Assembly: GCA_002779825.1 (NCBI GenBank)
Contig: PEVN01000512.1
Location: 7,826-71,825, forward strand
DNA: 64,000 nucleotides
Direction: 5' to 3'
From: Armatimonadetes bacterium CG06_land_8_20_14_3_00_66_21
Lineage (GTDB): Bacteria; Armatimonadota; Abditibacteriia; CG2-30-66-41
Below the pieces are notes generated by a model. It was given only the letters and a program-made list of their open reading frames with translations, had not been told where the DNA came from and ran no database searches. The first letter of the stretch is position 1. Each line of letters opens with the position of its first letter. The translations under genes and the position numbers were made by a program. This document shows positions 12,513-22,650 of this stretch, piece by piece.

Positions 12513-13358
12513 TCAGTCGGATCGCTCTGATGGTCTTGGCGCGGCGCGCCTGAGTCGCGGGTCGCCGGGCTCAGTCTTCTTTCGCCCGGTCAGGAACAGC
12601 CACAGCCCGAAGGACCCGGCGAACAGCAGGGTCACAAGCCCGGTGATTCGGGTGACGCTCAACAGGTACTTGTGTCCCACCGGGTCATAGCTGAAGCAGT
12701 AGAGCAGCACGCGGTTCGCCGCTTTGCCGGTGCGGCCGGCGGCTGCCTCAGCCAGCGCCATCTGCAGCTCGAAGGGCAGGAACGACGTGCCGTAGAGGTA
12801 CCGGGCCACGAGCCCGTCCGGCGACAGGATGGTCAGCACGGCCGCGTGCAGAAAATCCTGTTCCCCCTGGCGCTTGTAGCGGAAGCCGACGGCGTCGGTG
12901 ATCCGGTCGATGTTCTTCTGCGTTCCGGTCATGAAATGCCAGGCACTCTCGGGGAAGGGCTTCTTGAGCTGCTTCACGTAGCTCTGCCGCTTCCCCTTGG
13001 CCATCTTCGGCGTCTCGGTCGGGTCGAAGCTGATGGTCAGCACCTGGTAGTCCACCCCAGGCTTCAGGTCGAGCTTGCCCAGCACCTCCGTCAGCCCGTT
13101 GAGCAACGGCGTGCAGATGCCTGGGCACTCGAAGTAGACCAGCGCCAGAATCGTCGGTCTATCGAGGAGGTCCTTGAGGGGGACCGTCTTGCCGTCCTCA
13201 TCGAAGAACGTCAGGTTCAGTGGGACCTGCTCACCGAGCTGTTCGTCAATCCCGACCTCGACTGGCTTGCCCTTCGTCGCTTCCTCAGCGCCAGCCCTCG
13301 ACGCGACAAGCGGAGCGCAGAGGGCAAGCAGCAGAGACAGCCTCCTTCGAGTTCTCAT
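12513..13358 (-). CDS. SCO1/SenC family copper chaperone
   Basis: Signal peptide, VGIDEQLG, YFECPGICTP (CxxxC), TISFDP, a conserved His and a C-terminal TM. Confidence 0.9.
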   Translation of the reverse strand: MRTRRRLSLLLALCAPLVASRAGAEEATKGKPVEVGIDEQLGEQVPLNLTFFDEDGKTVPLKDLLDRPTILALVYFECPGICTPLLNGLTEVLGKLDLKPGVDYQVLTISFDPTETPKMAKGKRQSYVKQLKKPFPESAWHFMTGTQKNIDRITDAVGFRYKRQGEQDFLHAAVLTILSPDGLVARYLYGTSFLPFELQMALAEAAAGRTGKAANRVLLYCFSYDPVGHKYLLSVTRITGLVTLLFAGSFGLWLFLTGRKKTEPGDPRLRRAAPRPSERSD

Positions 13359-13441
13359 CTTGTCTCACTCACGCTCATGGTCGGCGCCCCGCTGGGCGCA
13401 GGTCTCCCGACGCTGCTCAGCAGGGCAGCCGGGCGGCACTG

Positions 13442-14626
13442 CTAATCTGGAAGCGCCAACTCGAGATCCATCTCCGAAACTTGCGGTCGCTGGGACAGTG
13501 AACGCACAACAACCAGCACGAACACGCCAAGGAACACCAGCCCGCTGGACAGCGCCAACGGGTGCAGCCCCGCCAGTCGCTCAGTCGTGAATGAGGGCAC
13601 AATCATGATCCATCGCTCAAGGCCCATCGCGCAGACGACGAGGAGCGCCGGCCAGCGCACGTAGTTGGGGTTGGCTTTCTGGCTGGGCACCTGCAGGAGC
13701 GCAAACGGCCCGAGGTAGGCACCGAACAGAACCGCCCAGGCCACGCCGCGCCAGGGATACTGGTACAGCCGCGGGATCAGGTGACTGGTCTCCTCCGGCA
13801 GATTGCCGTACCAGATCGTCAGGAACTGAGCGAAGAACAGCCCGGTGGTGAAGATGCCAAACCCCAGCAGAATGTTCGCCATATCCTGGAACTGCCGCGG
13901 GCCCAAGTGCGCCTCCAGCCCCAGCGGCTCGCGAACCAGAGCGGCGACCAAGATCATCGCCGCCATGGCCATGTAGAGCGTGCTGACGAAGAAGTAGGCC
14001 CCGTACAGCGTGCTGTACCAGCGCGGGTCCAAAGACATCATCAAGTCGAAGCCGAAGAGGCTGTACGTGAGGGCGTAGGCCACCGCGAGCATGATCGCCA
14101 GCACATTCAGCCGGTGATGATGCGCGGGCTTCGCCGACTCCGGGAGAGACTCCGCCTTGCGGTACGCGCCGACGAAGGCCGCGCTGGCCAGGGCGATCAG
14201 TACAAGCGCAGCCAGGTTCCGACCGAAGAAGAACGGCTCGTTCAACCACCACGCCTTCTCGGGAAGCGGGTGCCCAACCCAAGTCAGCCAATGGGCCCGG
14301 CCAGTCCACAGCAGCAGGAATACGGGAATGGAGAACGCGAGGAACCCCAGCGAGGAACGACCGATACGGTTCGGTCCTGCCGCCCAGGAGGCCTGCGCCG
14401 TCCGAAACGCCGCGCTCCAGACGAGCATGCCTTGAGCTAGCCCCATCCAGAAGAGAAAGTTGAGCAGCAGAATCCACCAAGTCTCGTCGTGCACGCTGCT
14501 GGCCAGACCTATCCCGGTCCCGATGGAGCCCAACAGGATGGCTCCGCCGGCAGCGGGCGTCAACCACCCGGGCAGAGCCGAAGCACGATTGCCGTCAGTC
14601 TGGGTCCAAGCCACGATCCAGGTCAA
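13442..14626 (-). CDS. actF: ActF-like polytopic membrane subunit (NrfD superfamily)
   Basis: WLNEPFFFGR, FDLMMSLDPRWYSTLYG and FAQFLTIWYGNLPEET motifs. Start uncertain (TTG 14626 or GTG 14614). Confidence 0.85.
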   Translation of the reverse strand: MTWIVAWTQTDGNRASALPGWLTPAAGGAILLGSIGTGIGLASSVHDETWWILLLNFLFWMGLAQGMLVWSAAFRTAQASWAAGPNRIGRSSLGFLAFSIPVFLLLWTGRAHWLTWVGHPLPEKAWWLNEPFFFGRNLAALVLIALASAAFVGAYRKAESLPESAKPAHHHRLNVLAIMLAVAYALTYSLFGFDLMMSLDPRWYSTLYGAYFFVSTLYMAMAAMILVAALVREPLGLEAHLGPRQFQDMANILLGFGIFTTGLFFAQFLTIWYGNLPEETSHLIPRLYQYPWRGVAWAVLFGAYLGPFALLQVPSQKANPNYVRWPALLVVCAMGLERWIMIVPSFTTERLAGLHPLALSSGLVFLGVFVLVVVRSLSQRPQVSEMDLELALPD

Positions 14627-14766
14627 ATCCCCATGTCAGGTGTAGTACAATGGCTGGACGGTCCTCGGCGGAAGCGTGTCCGGCACACCAACACAAAGCA
14701 TGACGCACCTTCCCCGGTTTGGCAAACCCCGGCACCACTTCGGCGCGAAACAGGAGGCAGGAAACC

Positions 14767-16278
14767 ATGGCAGAGCTCTCCCCCCAAGCATGGCGTTGCA
14801 CCGTCTGCGGGTACATTCACCGCGGCCCCGAGCCGCCGGACGAGTGCCCCGTGTGCGGCGCGACCCGACAAGAGTTCGAGCCATTCGTCGAGGAGACGGC
14901 GGCGCCAGTGGTGAAGGAAGCAACCACGTGGCGCTGCCTCGTCTGTAACCACCTCCACAAGGGCGCCGAGCCTCCAAGCGAGTGCCCAGTGTGCGGCGCC
15001 TCCAAGGACCGTTTTGAGTCGCTCGCCGACGAAGCGGGACCGGCGTCACTGGCCGAACAGGGAGACGGCATCGTCGTCGTCGGCGGCGGGATAGCCGGCG
15101 TGTCGGCCGTCGAGGCGATCCGGGCGGCCTCCCCTACTGTCCCGGTCACGCTGGTCTCCAAGGAACCTGACCTCCCCTACCACCGCCTCAACTTGACTCG
15201 CTTCGTAGCCGGCGAGATCCAGGACGCCTCGTCGCTGGCACTCCACCCAGCCTGTTGGTACAAGGAGAACAACATCGAGCTTCTGCTCGGCCAGGAAGTC
15301 GCAGCGCTCGCGCCTGACCGCCTCGAACTGGAGCTACGCAGCGGCGAAACGCTCCGCTACAGCAAGCTGATTCTGACCGCCGGCTCGCACCCGTTCATGC
15401 TGCCGATCCCCGGAGTGAAGAAGGAAGGCGTCACCGCCTTCCGCACCTTGAGCGAGGCGCAGTACATCCTGGAGGAAATCGCCAAGGGCGCCAAGTGCGT
15501 GTGCATCGGTGGCGGCATCCTTGGCCTGGAGTCGGCGGCCGGGCTCGCCCGGCGCGGTGCCGACGTCACCATTCTCGAAGGCTTCGATTGGCTGCTGCCT
15601 CGTCAGCTCAACCCCCGCGGCGGGCAGATCCTGGCGGGATTCGTTCGGCAGCTCGGAATCGAGGTGCGCCTGGGCGCTCTCACAAAGGAAATCCTCGGCG
15701 ACGAACGGGCGCGCAGCGTCCAATTGGAGGACGGTACCCAACTCGATGCCGACTTGGTCGTCGTGGCAGTAGGCATCCGGACCAACAGCTTCCTGGCTCG
15801 GCGCGCCGGCCTCGACGTGAATAACGGCGTCCTGGTCGACGACAGACTGACCACCTCCTCGCCCGACATCCTCGCCGCCGGAGACGTTGCCGAGCACCGC
15901 GGCGTGGTCGCAGGACTGTGGGGCCCCGCGCAGTACCAGGGCACCATCGCCGGTATGAACGCCGTGGGCAAAGGCGCCGACTACGGGGGCATCCCGCAGG
16001 CCACCACCATGAAAGTCGTTGGCTTCCCGCTGTTCAGCGTCGGCGAGGTGAAGGCCGAGGACGCCAGCTACCGTGACCTAGACCACGAAGGCGAGGGCAC
16101 GTACTGCCGATTCCTGTTCCGCGACAACCGCTTGGCGGGCGCCATCCTGCTGGGCGACACCTCGCTGGCGGCTCCGGCGAAGAAGGCGGTGGAAGCGCGC
16201 ACGGATCTCTCCGGGCTGCTGGCAAAGCGCCCCTCGGCACCCAATGTCGCCGAGCACCTGGCAGCCCTGGCCGGATAG
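14767..16278 (+). CDS. FAD-dependent NAD(P)H oxidoreductase (NROR/NirB-like) with two N-terminal rubredoxin-like domains
   Basis: WRCTVCGY..CPVCGA and WRCLVCNH..CPVCGA, then GGGIAG, IGGGILGLE and AAGDVAE. AGGAGG precedes ATG 14767. Confidence 0.88.
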   Translation: MAELSPQAWRCTVCGYIHRGPEPPDECPVCGATRQEFEPFVEETAAPVVKEATTWRCLVCNHLHKGAEPPSECPVCGASKDRFESLADEAGPASLAEQGDGIVVVGGGIAGVSAVEAIRAASPTVPVTLVSKEPDLPYHRLNLTRFVAGEIQDASSLALHPACWYKENNIELLLGQEVAALAPDRLELELRSGETLRYSKLILTAGSHPFMLPIPGVKKEGVTAFRTLSEAQYILEEIAKGAKCVCIGGGILGLESAAGLARRGADVTILEGFDWLLPRQLNPRGGQILAGFVRQLGIEVRLGALTKEILGDERARSVQLEDGTQLDADLVVVAVGIRTNSFLARRAGLDVNNGVLVDDRLTTSSPDILAAGDVAEHRGVVAGLWGPAQYQGTIAGMNAVGKGADYGGIPQATTMKVVGFPLFSVGEVKAEDASYRDLDHEGEGTYCRFLFRDNRLAGAILLGDTSLAAPAKKAVEARTDLSGLLAKRPSAPNVAEHLAALAG

Positions 16279-16327
16279 GAATTGCGCAGCCGCCCGTCTC
16301 CACCGAGCGGCTCTATGGCAAGCGGGA

Positions 16328-16492
16328 CTACTCCTCGAGGGGCTCGAAGGCGTCCTTGCCCATTCCGCACTCCGGGCACTCCCACGTCTCGGGAACCTCT
16401 CCCCACGGGGTCCCCGGCTCGACGCCCTCGTCGGGGTCGCCGAGGTCGGGGTCGTATACGTAGTCACATGCCGTGCAAGCCCATTTCTGCAT
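16328..16492 (-). CDS. rub: Rubredoxin (54 aa, absent from the ORF track)
   Basis: Manual translation gives [54 protein letters not shown], with AAGGAG upstream. Confidence 0.95.
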   Translation of the reverse strand: MQKWACTACDYVYDPDLGDPDEGVEPGTPWGEVPETWECPECGMGKDAFEPLEE

Positions 16493-16679
16493 CATCACTG
16501 CATCGCTCCTTATCGCGGTACACCGCCGGTCACAGAGTGCCCACGGCGCCTCGGCAGTTGCACCGGGGAATCCCGGCGCACGCTGCCGATCGGTCAGGAG
16601 AGTGTACCAAGCTCTGCGGCACCCGGGAAGACCCGGACAGCGATCGTCCCAGGGAAACGCCTCCGCTGGCCGCTCACGC

Positions 16680-18260
16680 CTATCGCTGGGAGCGCCTCGT
16701 TACGTGCCACGCGCGGCCGTCGGCAGCGAGCATGTCGTCTGCTTCCTGCGGCCCCCAGGCACCGGCGGGGTAGGCCGGCAGCTTCGGTGCCCGCTGGTGG
16801 TTGCAGGCGTCGAGAATCGGATCGAGGAACGCCCAGGCGGCCTCCACCTCGTCGCTACGGGTGAACAGGGTAGACTCCCCGAGGGCGGCGTCCAGAAGCA
16901 GTCGCTCGTAGGCTTCCGGTGGCTCTCTGCCGAAGGACTCGGCGTAGCTGAAGTCCATCTTCAGCGGGCGGATCTGCAACTGGCTGCCGGGGACCTTCAC
17001 CTGGAACTCAAGCGAGATGCCCTCATCGGGCTGAATTCGCAGGGCGAGGACGTTCTGCTGGAGCGGCGCTGTCTCACCGGTGTTGAAGAGCACGCGCGGG
17101 ACCGGCTTGAAGTGGACCCCGATCTCCGTCAGCCGCTCGGGCAGGCGCTTGCCGGTGCGGAGATAGAACGGGACGCCTTCCCAGCGCCAGTTGTCGACCC
17201 ACACGCGAAGGGCGGCATAGGTCTCGGTGTGCGAGTCCGCCGCTACGCCTGTCTCTTCGTGGTACCCCAGCAATTCCTGCCACCTGTGCACGCCCCGCGC
17301 GTATTGGGCACGCACGACGTCTTCGCCGAAGCACACGGCGGGGAGCGGCCGAAGCGCCTTGAGGACCTTCACCTTCTCGTCGCGCACGGAGTTGGCGTCC
17401 ATCGAACTCGGCGGCTCCATGGCGACCAGGCAGAGCAGGTGCATCAGGTGGTTCTGCACCATGTCGCGGAGCGCGCCGCTCTGCTCGTAGTAGCCGCCGC
17501 GCGCCTCGACGCCGACGGTCTCGCTCACCGTGAGCTGCACGTGATCCACGTACTTGTGGTTCCACAAGGGCTCGAAGAGGCTGTTGGCAAAGCGGAGGAC
17601 GAGGATGTTCTGGACCGTCTCTTTGCCCAGGTAGTGGTCGATGCGATAGATCTGGTCCTCGGCAAGGAACTGCTGGAGCCGGTGGTTCAGGGCACGCGCC
17701 GAGGAGAGGTCGCGGCCGAAGGGCTTCTCCAGGACTACGCGGGACCAAGTACCGGCCGCGGACGCGGTGACCAGGCCGCTGGCGTGGAGTTGTTCGACGA
17801 CGGGCTCGAAGCAGACCGGGGGAGTCGAGAGGTAGAACAGGCAGTTGCCGAGCTTGCCGGATGGCTCGACGGATTCGGTCAGTCGCTGACGTAGCGCTTC
17901 GTAGCCGGCCGGGTCCTCGTAGTCGCCCCGGTGGTAGGAGATCCGCGCGGCAAACGCCTGCCACGACTCGTCATCCACAGGCTGGACGCGGCAGGACTGC
18001 GCCACCCCCTTGCGCAACTCCTCGCGGAAGACAGCGTCGGTCTTCTCGGTGCGCGCAAACCCAATGATGGAGAAGGTGTCGGGCAGCCGCCCTTCCCGGA
18101 ACAGGCAGTAAACCGCCGGCACCAGCTTGCGCCGAGTCAGGTCACCGGAGGCGCCGAAGATGACCAGTGCAAACGGGTCGGGCAGCTTCCGCCGGGGCGC
18201 GTCACTTGCAGTGACGGAGTCGACCGCGGACGTTGTCCAGGGGGAGGGCTGCGTGCTCAC
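16680..18260 (-). CDS. zwf: Glucose-6-phosphate 1-dehydrogenase
   Basis: [41 protein letters not shown] and [14 protein letters not shown] motifs. The likely GTG start overlaps the rubrerythrin stop (GTGA). Confidence 0.96.
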   Translation of the reverse strand: MSTQPSPWTTSAVDSVTASDAPRRKLPDPFALVIFGASGDLTRRKLVPAVYCLFREGRLPDTFSIIGFARTEKTDAVFREELRKGVAQSCRVQPVDDESWQAFAARISYHRGDYEDPAGYEALRQRLTESVEPSGKLGNCLFYLSTPPVCFEPVVEQLHASGLVTASAAGTWSRVVLEKPFGRDLSSARALNHRLQQFLAEDQIYRIDHYLGKETVQNILVLRFANSLFEPLWNHKYVDHVQLTVSETVGVEARGGYYEQSGALRDMVQNHLMHLLCLVAMEPPSSMDANSVRDEKVKVLKALRPLPAVCFGEDVVRAQYARGVHRWQELLGYHEETGVAADSHTETYAALRVWVDNWRWEGVPFYLRTGKRLPERLTEIGVHFKPVPRVLFNTGETAPLQQNVLALRIQPDEGISLEFQVKVPGSQLQIRPLKMDFSYAESFGREPPEAYERLLLDAALGESTLFTRSDEVEAAWAFLDPILDACNHQRAPKLPAYPAGAWGPQEADDMLAADGRAWHVTRRSQR

Positions 18261-18808
18261 GACGCGTATTCCACAAACCGCTCTCTCTTCACTGCGCAGA
18301 GCGGGCACTTCTCCGGCGCTTCGCCCTCGATCGTCCATCCGCAGTGGTCGCAGACGTAGACCGGACCCAACTCAACGTCTTGACCGAGAGCCACGGCTTC
18401 CTTCGCGCGCCGGTAGAGCATGGCGTGGGCTTTCTCGGTCTCGTGGGCGTAGGTGAAGCTCTTGACGGCATCCTGCTCGCCCTGCAGGTGCGCCACCTCC
18501 AAGAACGCGGGGTACATCTCGCTGACCTCGTACGCCTCGCCGGCCAGGGCATTGGCGAGGTTGGCCGCTGTTGTCCCGAGGCCGAAGCCCCCTCCCGCGG
18601 TCACCGAGAACGCCCCGGCGTCCTCCTTCAGTCGCTTGAAGTGCTTCGAGGCATGGACTTCCTCGGCAAAGGAGACTGCGGCGAACAAGCGAGCCACATT
18701 GGCGAACCCGTCCTGTTGAGCCCGCTTGGCCCAGAGCTTGTAGCGCACGTGCGCCATCGACTCTCCCCCGAACGCAGTTCGCAGATTCTCGGCTGTCATC
18801 GCGTGCAT
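18257..18808 (-). CDS. rbr: Rubrerythrin
   Basis: TAENLRTAFGGES, EEVHA, GEAYEVSEMYP, EKAHA, and C-terminal rubredoxin-like CDHCG...CPLC. Confidence 0.93.
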   Translation of the reverse strand: MHAMTAENLRTAFGGESMAHVRYKLWAKRAQQDGFANVARLFAAVSFAEEVHASKHFKRLKEDAGAFSVTAGGGFGLGTTAANLANALAGEAYEVSEMYPAFLEVAHLQGEQDAVKSFTYAHETEKAHAMLYRRAKEAVALGQDVELGPVYVCDHCGWTIEGEAPEKCPLCAVKRERFVEYAS

Positions 18809-18929
18809 GTCGGCTGCCTCCCACAGGACGGTGTCCTGCCCCACCTATAAACCTGCCCAAAAGAAAGAGCAGGGGAATCCGCCAAACCGGCCTCCCCTGC
18901 TCTTGGTCTGCAACGGAAGACGAGGACAA

Positions 18930-19118
18930 CTACTCCTCGATGGTGATGCACTCGACAGGGCACTCGTCGGCCGCTTCCTTTGCGGCTTCTTCGGCATCCT
19001 CGGGAATTGAGGCGCCGATCACTTCCGTCACATCATCGCCAAGCTTGAACACTTCCGGGCAGATCTCCTCGCACACGCCACATGCTGTGCACTCGTCTGC
19101 GTCAATAATCGCTTTCAT
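18930..19118 (-). CDS. Single-cluster 4Fe-4S ferredoxin
   Basis: 62 aa, acidic, with CTACGVCEEICPEVF...CPVECI. AGGAGG upstream. Confidence 0.93.
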   Translation of the reverse strand: MKAIIDADECTACGVCEEICPEVFKLGDDVTEVIGASIPEDAEEAAKEAADECPVECITIEE

Positions 19119-19172
19119 GCTCCGCCTCCTTTCGTCCGAAACTCGAACTGCTCGCCGCTCCGTGAAGCTGGC

Positions 19173-19694
19173 CTAAGCTGCTTCCAGACTGAACTCACGG
19201 AAGTCGAACCAGTAGCCGGTACCTGTAACGGCGTCGATTTCGGCCTGGACAATGGTCCGGTGTCCTTCCTCGATCTGGACAAACCGAGCGAACAGACCCT
19301 TGGCGTCTCCGCTCAGGTGCTCCACGACGCTCTTGTAGAAGTCGCTGGTCCGCGTTTCAACGTCCAGAGCCTTTGCCAGTATGTCCAGCTCTGCTTCGGC
19401 GCTGATCGCACGATCCTGGTTAGCCATCTCGGCCCGGAGCTTCTCGACGCCCCGCCGAATGGTCTCTTCCGAGGGGATGGCGGTATGCAAGTTTTCTGCC
19501 GTGATCCGCCCGTTTTGCTGCCACTGCAAGAGCGCCCGTTCCAGGTAGCCGACGTGCCCCCGCTCCTCGTCAGCGAGGACTTCGAGCACCTGCTTCCCGC
19601 GCGAATCGGCCGTCGAGGCCACTGCCTCGGCGTAGACAGTGACGACGTGGTTCTCGTACTCCAGCGCGGTCTTGATGGCTTCCTCAATGGTCAT
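19173..19694 (-). CDS. Ferritin-like/rubrerythrin di-iron domain protein
   Basis: MTIEEAIKTALEYE..Y, LADEERGH, ALDVE..FY and IEEGH: the paired ExxH pattern. Ends GYWFDFREFSLE. Confidence 0.85.
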   Translation of the reverse strand: MTIEEAIKTALEYENHVVTVYAEAVASTADSRGKQVLEVLADEERGHVGYLERALLQWQQNGRITAENLHTAIPSEETIRRGVEKLRAEMANQDRAISAEAELDILAKALDVETRTSDFYKSVVEHLSGDAKGLFARFVQIEEGHRTIVQAEIDAVTGTGYWFDFREFSLEAA

Positions 19695-19942
19695 GGTCAA
19701 GGCTCCGTGTTCGGGAAGATGGGGTTCCGACTCTGGGTGCCAACTCAGGGCGTCCAGCGCTGCTCCCGTTGCCGCTTCGGCGGGCGTTCGTGCATTATGC
19801 ACGGACAGGCCGGGGAGGTCAATACTCGGCGCCGGCTTTGTGGGGCCGGCACGCCGCCGCGGCTGCGGGCCGCCGGCCTCAACACAGGCGCGCCTCAGGA
19901 CGACCGGGCAGTCCCGAGGCGCGTCGTCGAGGGGCAGTTCTG

Positions 19943-20455
19943 TCAGGCAGCGGCCACCGGCGGGACGAAGACGCGCGCGGCAAGCTCGCGGTCGATCATG
20001 AAGAGCCCGCCCGGGAAACCCTCCATGAGCTTCAGTTCCTGCACGATCTTGTCGGCGTTCTGCTCTTCCTCCACCTGCTCGCCGACAAACCACTGGAGGA
20101 AGCTGTCACTCGCATGGTCCTTCAACTCGCGGGCAACCGTGACCAGGTTGTTGATAAGCCCTGTCACCTTCGTCTCGTGCTCGTAGGTGTCCTGGAAGAC
20201 TTCCAGTGGCGAAGTCCACTCGGCCTTCGGCTCGTCGATGGCGGCCAACACGACGCGGCCTCGCCGTTCGTTGACGAAGTCGTACATCTTCATCGCGTGG
20301 AAGTTCTCTTCCTGAACCTGGACGCGCATCCAGTTGGCGAAGCCGGCCAGGTTGATGGACTCGAAGTGCGCAGCCATCGACAGGTAGAGATACGACGAGT
20401 ATAGCTCCGCGTTGATCTGGTCATTGAACGCGTCTTGCATCTTGGGGTCGAGCAT
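19943..20455 (-). CDS. ftnA: Non-heme ferritin
   Basis: NDQINAELYSSYLYLSM, EENFHAMK, HETKVT and LQWFVGEQVEEE motifs. Confidence 0.95.
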   Translation of the reverse strand: MLDPKMQDAFNDQINAELYSSYLYLSMAAHFESINLAGFANWMRVQVQEENFHAMKMYDFVNERRGRVVLAAIDEPKAEWTSPLEVFQDTYEHETKVTGLINNLVTVARELKDHASDSFLQWFVGEQVEEEQNADKIVQELKLMEGFPGGLFMIDRELAARVFVPPVAAA

Positions 20456-20519
20456 CTGTCTGTCTCCTCTTGGGGGTCTGTGTCCCGGCGCGCGGAGAGC
20501 AGTCCTCCGCCCGGGGAGG

Positions 20520-20972
20520 TCAGTTCTCTCTCAGTACCCGGTCGTCGTACTCAATCTCGAACCGGAGCTTGTGTTTTGCCTCTTCCTGGGCAAGGGCTTC
20601 GAAGGTGCCCCGGAGGTCGGCGTTGTCGGTCGTGCCCGCGATATCGGAATAGAGCCGGAACGCAGCCTTCTCCGCCTTCATCGCGACGATGAGCGCGTCC
20701 TGGTATTCCATCTCGGGGGTCGGCTCCACGTCGATCAGGTAGTCGCCGATCTTCAGGTCGGTGACCTTAGCCGCGGCGGGCAGCAGGAACTTGCCTTCCT
20801 TGACGCCCAGCAGCTTGTGCTTGTGACCGACCTCTTCCTGGGCGAAGCTCTCGAATACCTGCTTCATCCAGGGCTTGTCCATCTTCCCGGCCAACTCGGT
20901 GTAGAACATTGCCGCTTTCTCTTCCTCGCCGATGGCGAAATCGAGAACTCCCTCAACTGAATCGAATGCCAT
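20520..20972 (-). CDS. Ferritin-like/rubrerythrin domain protein
   Basis: FAIGEEEKAAMFY, EEVGHK, AMKAEKAAFRLY and LAQEEAKHKLRFEIEYD motifs. Confidence 0.88.
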   Translation of the reverse strand: MAFDSVEGVLDFAIGEEEKAAMFYTELAGKMDKPWMKQVFESFAQEEVGHKHKLLGVKEGKFLLPAAAKVTDLKIGDYLIDVEPTPEMEYQDALIVAMKAEKAAFRLYSDIAGTTDNADLRGTFEALAQEEAKHKLRFEIEYDDRVLREN

Positions 20973-21069
20973 AGGTGCCTCCGGTGTTCCTGTGGATGGA
21001 TTGGGTCCCGGACCTCGGGGTCCCGAACGGAACGTGCTTAATTGTAGCGCAGGCGCTTGGTGGGCGTGC

Positions 21070-21741
21070 TCACGAGCCGCTATGCGAGACGACGATCCCG
21101 CCGACCGTCGTCTCCACCACCTGTCCGCGGTCTGGGTCGTACAGCCTCACGGGCGACTCATCCGCCGCCAACCGCGCCGTCTCCGCCGCGGTCGGCGGCT
21201 CACTTAGCTGGCTCAGCGCAGCAAACGCGAACGCTCGCGTCGCCGGGTCAGGGTCGTGGAGAGATTGTCGGAGCGGCTCCACGTAGGGGAGCATCACTTC
21301 GCGGTCCGCCGACGCCAGGGCGGCCATGGCCTGGTGCACACCGCGACGGAAGTAGTCCTCCTCGCAGAAGGCGGCCACAACGGTGGCGTATTCCCCCAGC
21401 AGAGCGGGCACCCGCACTAAGATCTCCGCGATCGCTTCGGGCGCATGCTTCACGTTTGCACCCGACTCCTCGTTCATCGCCCACAGCAGTCGACGGATCT
21501 GCTCGCGGACCGCCTCCAGGTCAGTCTCCGCCGCGCTGGCGCAGACTCGGGCAAGTCCTTCCATGGCTCGGCAGCGCAGCAACTCATCGGCCTCGACCAA
21601 CAACGAACTCAAGACGCCGACAAGCCGCTGATCGGCCCGCGCAGCGGCAACGAGCCTCTCCAAGTCGCGAGCTTCGAGCAACTCACGGACGAGTGCCTTT
21701 CGCTCCGCCCTGGAGGACCGTTGCTTGCTGCGAGGCTGCAC
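21070..21741 (-). CDS. HEAT-repeat protein (DVU0298-like)
   Basis: Helical repeats, RRLLWAMNEESG..APEAIAEI and LHDPDPATRAFA. Located downstream of desulfoferrodoxin. Confidence 0.7.
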   Translation of the reverse strand: MQPRSKQRSSRAERKALVRELLEARDLERLVAAARADQRLVGVLSSLLVEADELLRCRAMEGLARVCASAAETDLEAVREQIRRLLWAMNEESGANVKHAPEAIAEILVRVPALLGEYATVVAAFCEEDYFRRGVHQAMAALASADREVMLPYVEPLRQSLHDPDPATRAFAFAALSQLSEPPTAAETARLAADESPVRLYDPDRGQVVETTVGGIVVSHSGS

Positions 21742-21757
21742 GTGTCTGCCAGAACCT

Positions 21758-22132
21758 CTATGCCTTCCAGAGGCCGTGAAGGTTGCAGTAGGCCCGCGCC
21801 GAGACTTCCTCTGCTTTGAGGCAGAAGCAAGCCTTTGGGGCGTCGCCCGGCTTGAGGTACTTCGTGGCGGTCTTGCCGTCGGCGATGACCTCGATCAGCT
21901 CGATGTAGTGGTCGTCTGCCATGGGGTGTTCAACGCTGCCGACGGTCACGCATACGCCCGACTCGGTCTTGGCGATGACCGGGACATGCTTCTCTTGAGC
22001 AGCGTCGGTGGTGTTCTCGGTCACCGCTGCCATGGGCTGATTGCAGCAGACCAGAGTGCCGAGCCCCTCGTGCGTCAGCTCCACCATATGCCCGCATAGC
22101 CCGCATTTGAATACTGTCAATTTTGCCGCCAT
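21758..22132 (-). CDS. dfx: Desulfoferrodoxin (2Fe superoxide reductase)
   Basis: CGLCG...LVCCNQPM (center I) and [19 protein letters not shown] (center II). Confidence 0.96.
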   Translation of the reverse strand: MAAKLTVFKCGLCGHMVELTHEGLGTLVCCNQPMAAVTENTTDAAQEKHVPVIAKTESGVCVTVGSVEHPMADDHYIELIEVIADGKTATKYLKPGDAPKACFCLKAEEVSARAYCNLHGLWKA

Positions 22133-22605
22133 CTGTTCCTACCTCCTGAGTTTGGGCCTTGCCGATTGTGCGCAGTGCCGCCCGCCGCAGCTCCCGACGC
22201 GGCGCGGACGCGTCCTGCTCGGAGCGTGCCAAGCGTTGAGAACGCACGCAGCGCTGAACTGGCGCACCGACGCAATTCATCCGGCTACTGGTGGATAGTA
22301 TGACCTGCCCGGCACCATGGCGAAAGGCCACCGGAACCGGTCGGAGAGCGCAACGACGAGCGGGCGAACCGATGATCGGGAAGGAACGCCGCTGCTCCGG
22401 TGCGAACTCGTGCTCCTCTCGACCTCGTCGAGGCGCTGGACACCGGCCGGGAGACCAGCGGCGACCTCAACCTCGCCCGCCGGAGCTTCGAGAGGATCAT
22501 GGGTATAATCGACTCTCACCGTCGAGGCGGCGCGCGGGCATCGCTGCCGCTCGAACACCGATCCCTCTGCGTCGGCCGCCCCGACCGGTAGCAACGTGCG
22601 GAATG

Positions 22606-22635
22606 CCACTCACCACTCACCACTCACCACTCACC
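22606..22635. repeat. Heptamer tandem repeat (CCACTCA)x4
   Basis: ccactcaccactcaccactcaccactcacc lies directly before the AAGGAG RBS of the next gene. Confidence 0.9.
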
Positions 22636-22650
22636 AAGGAGAAATCACCT

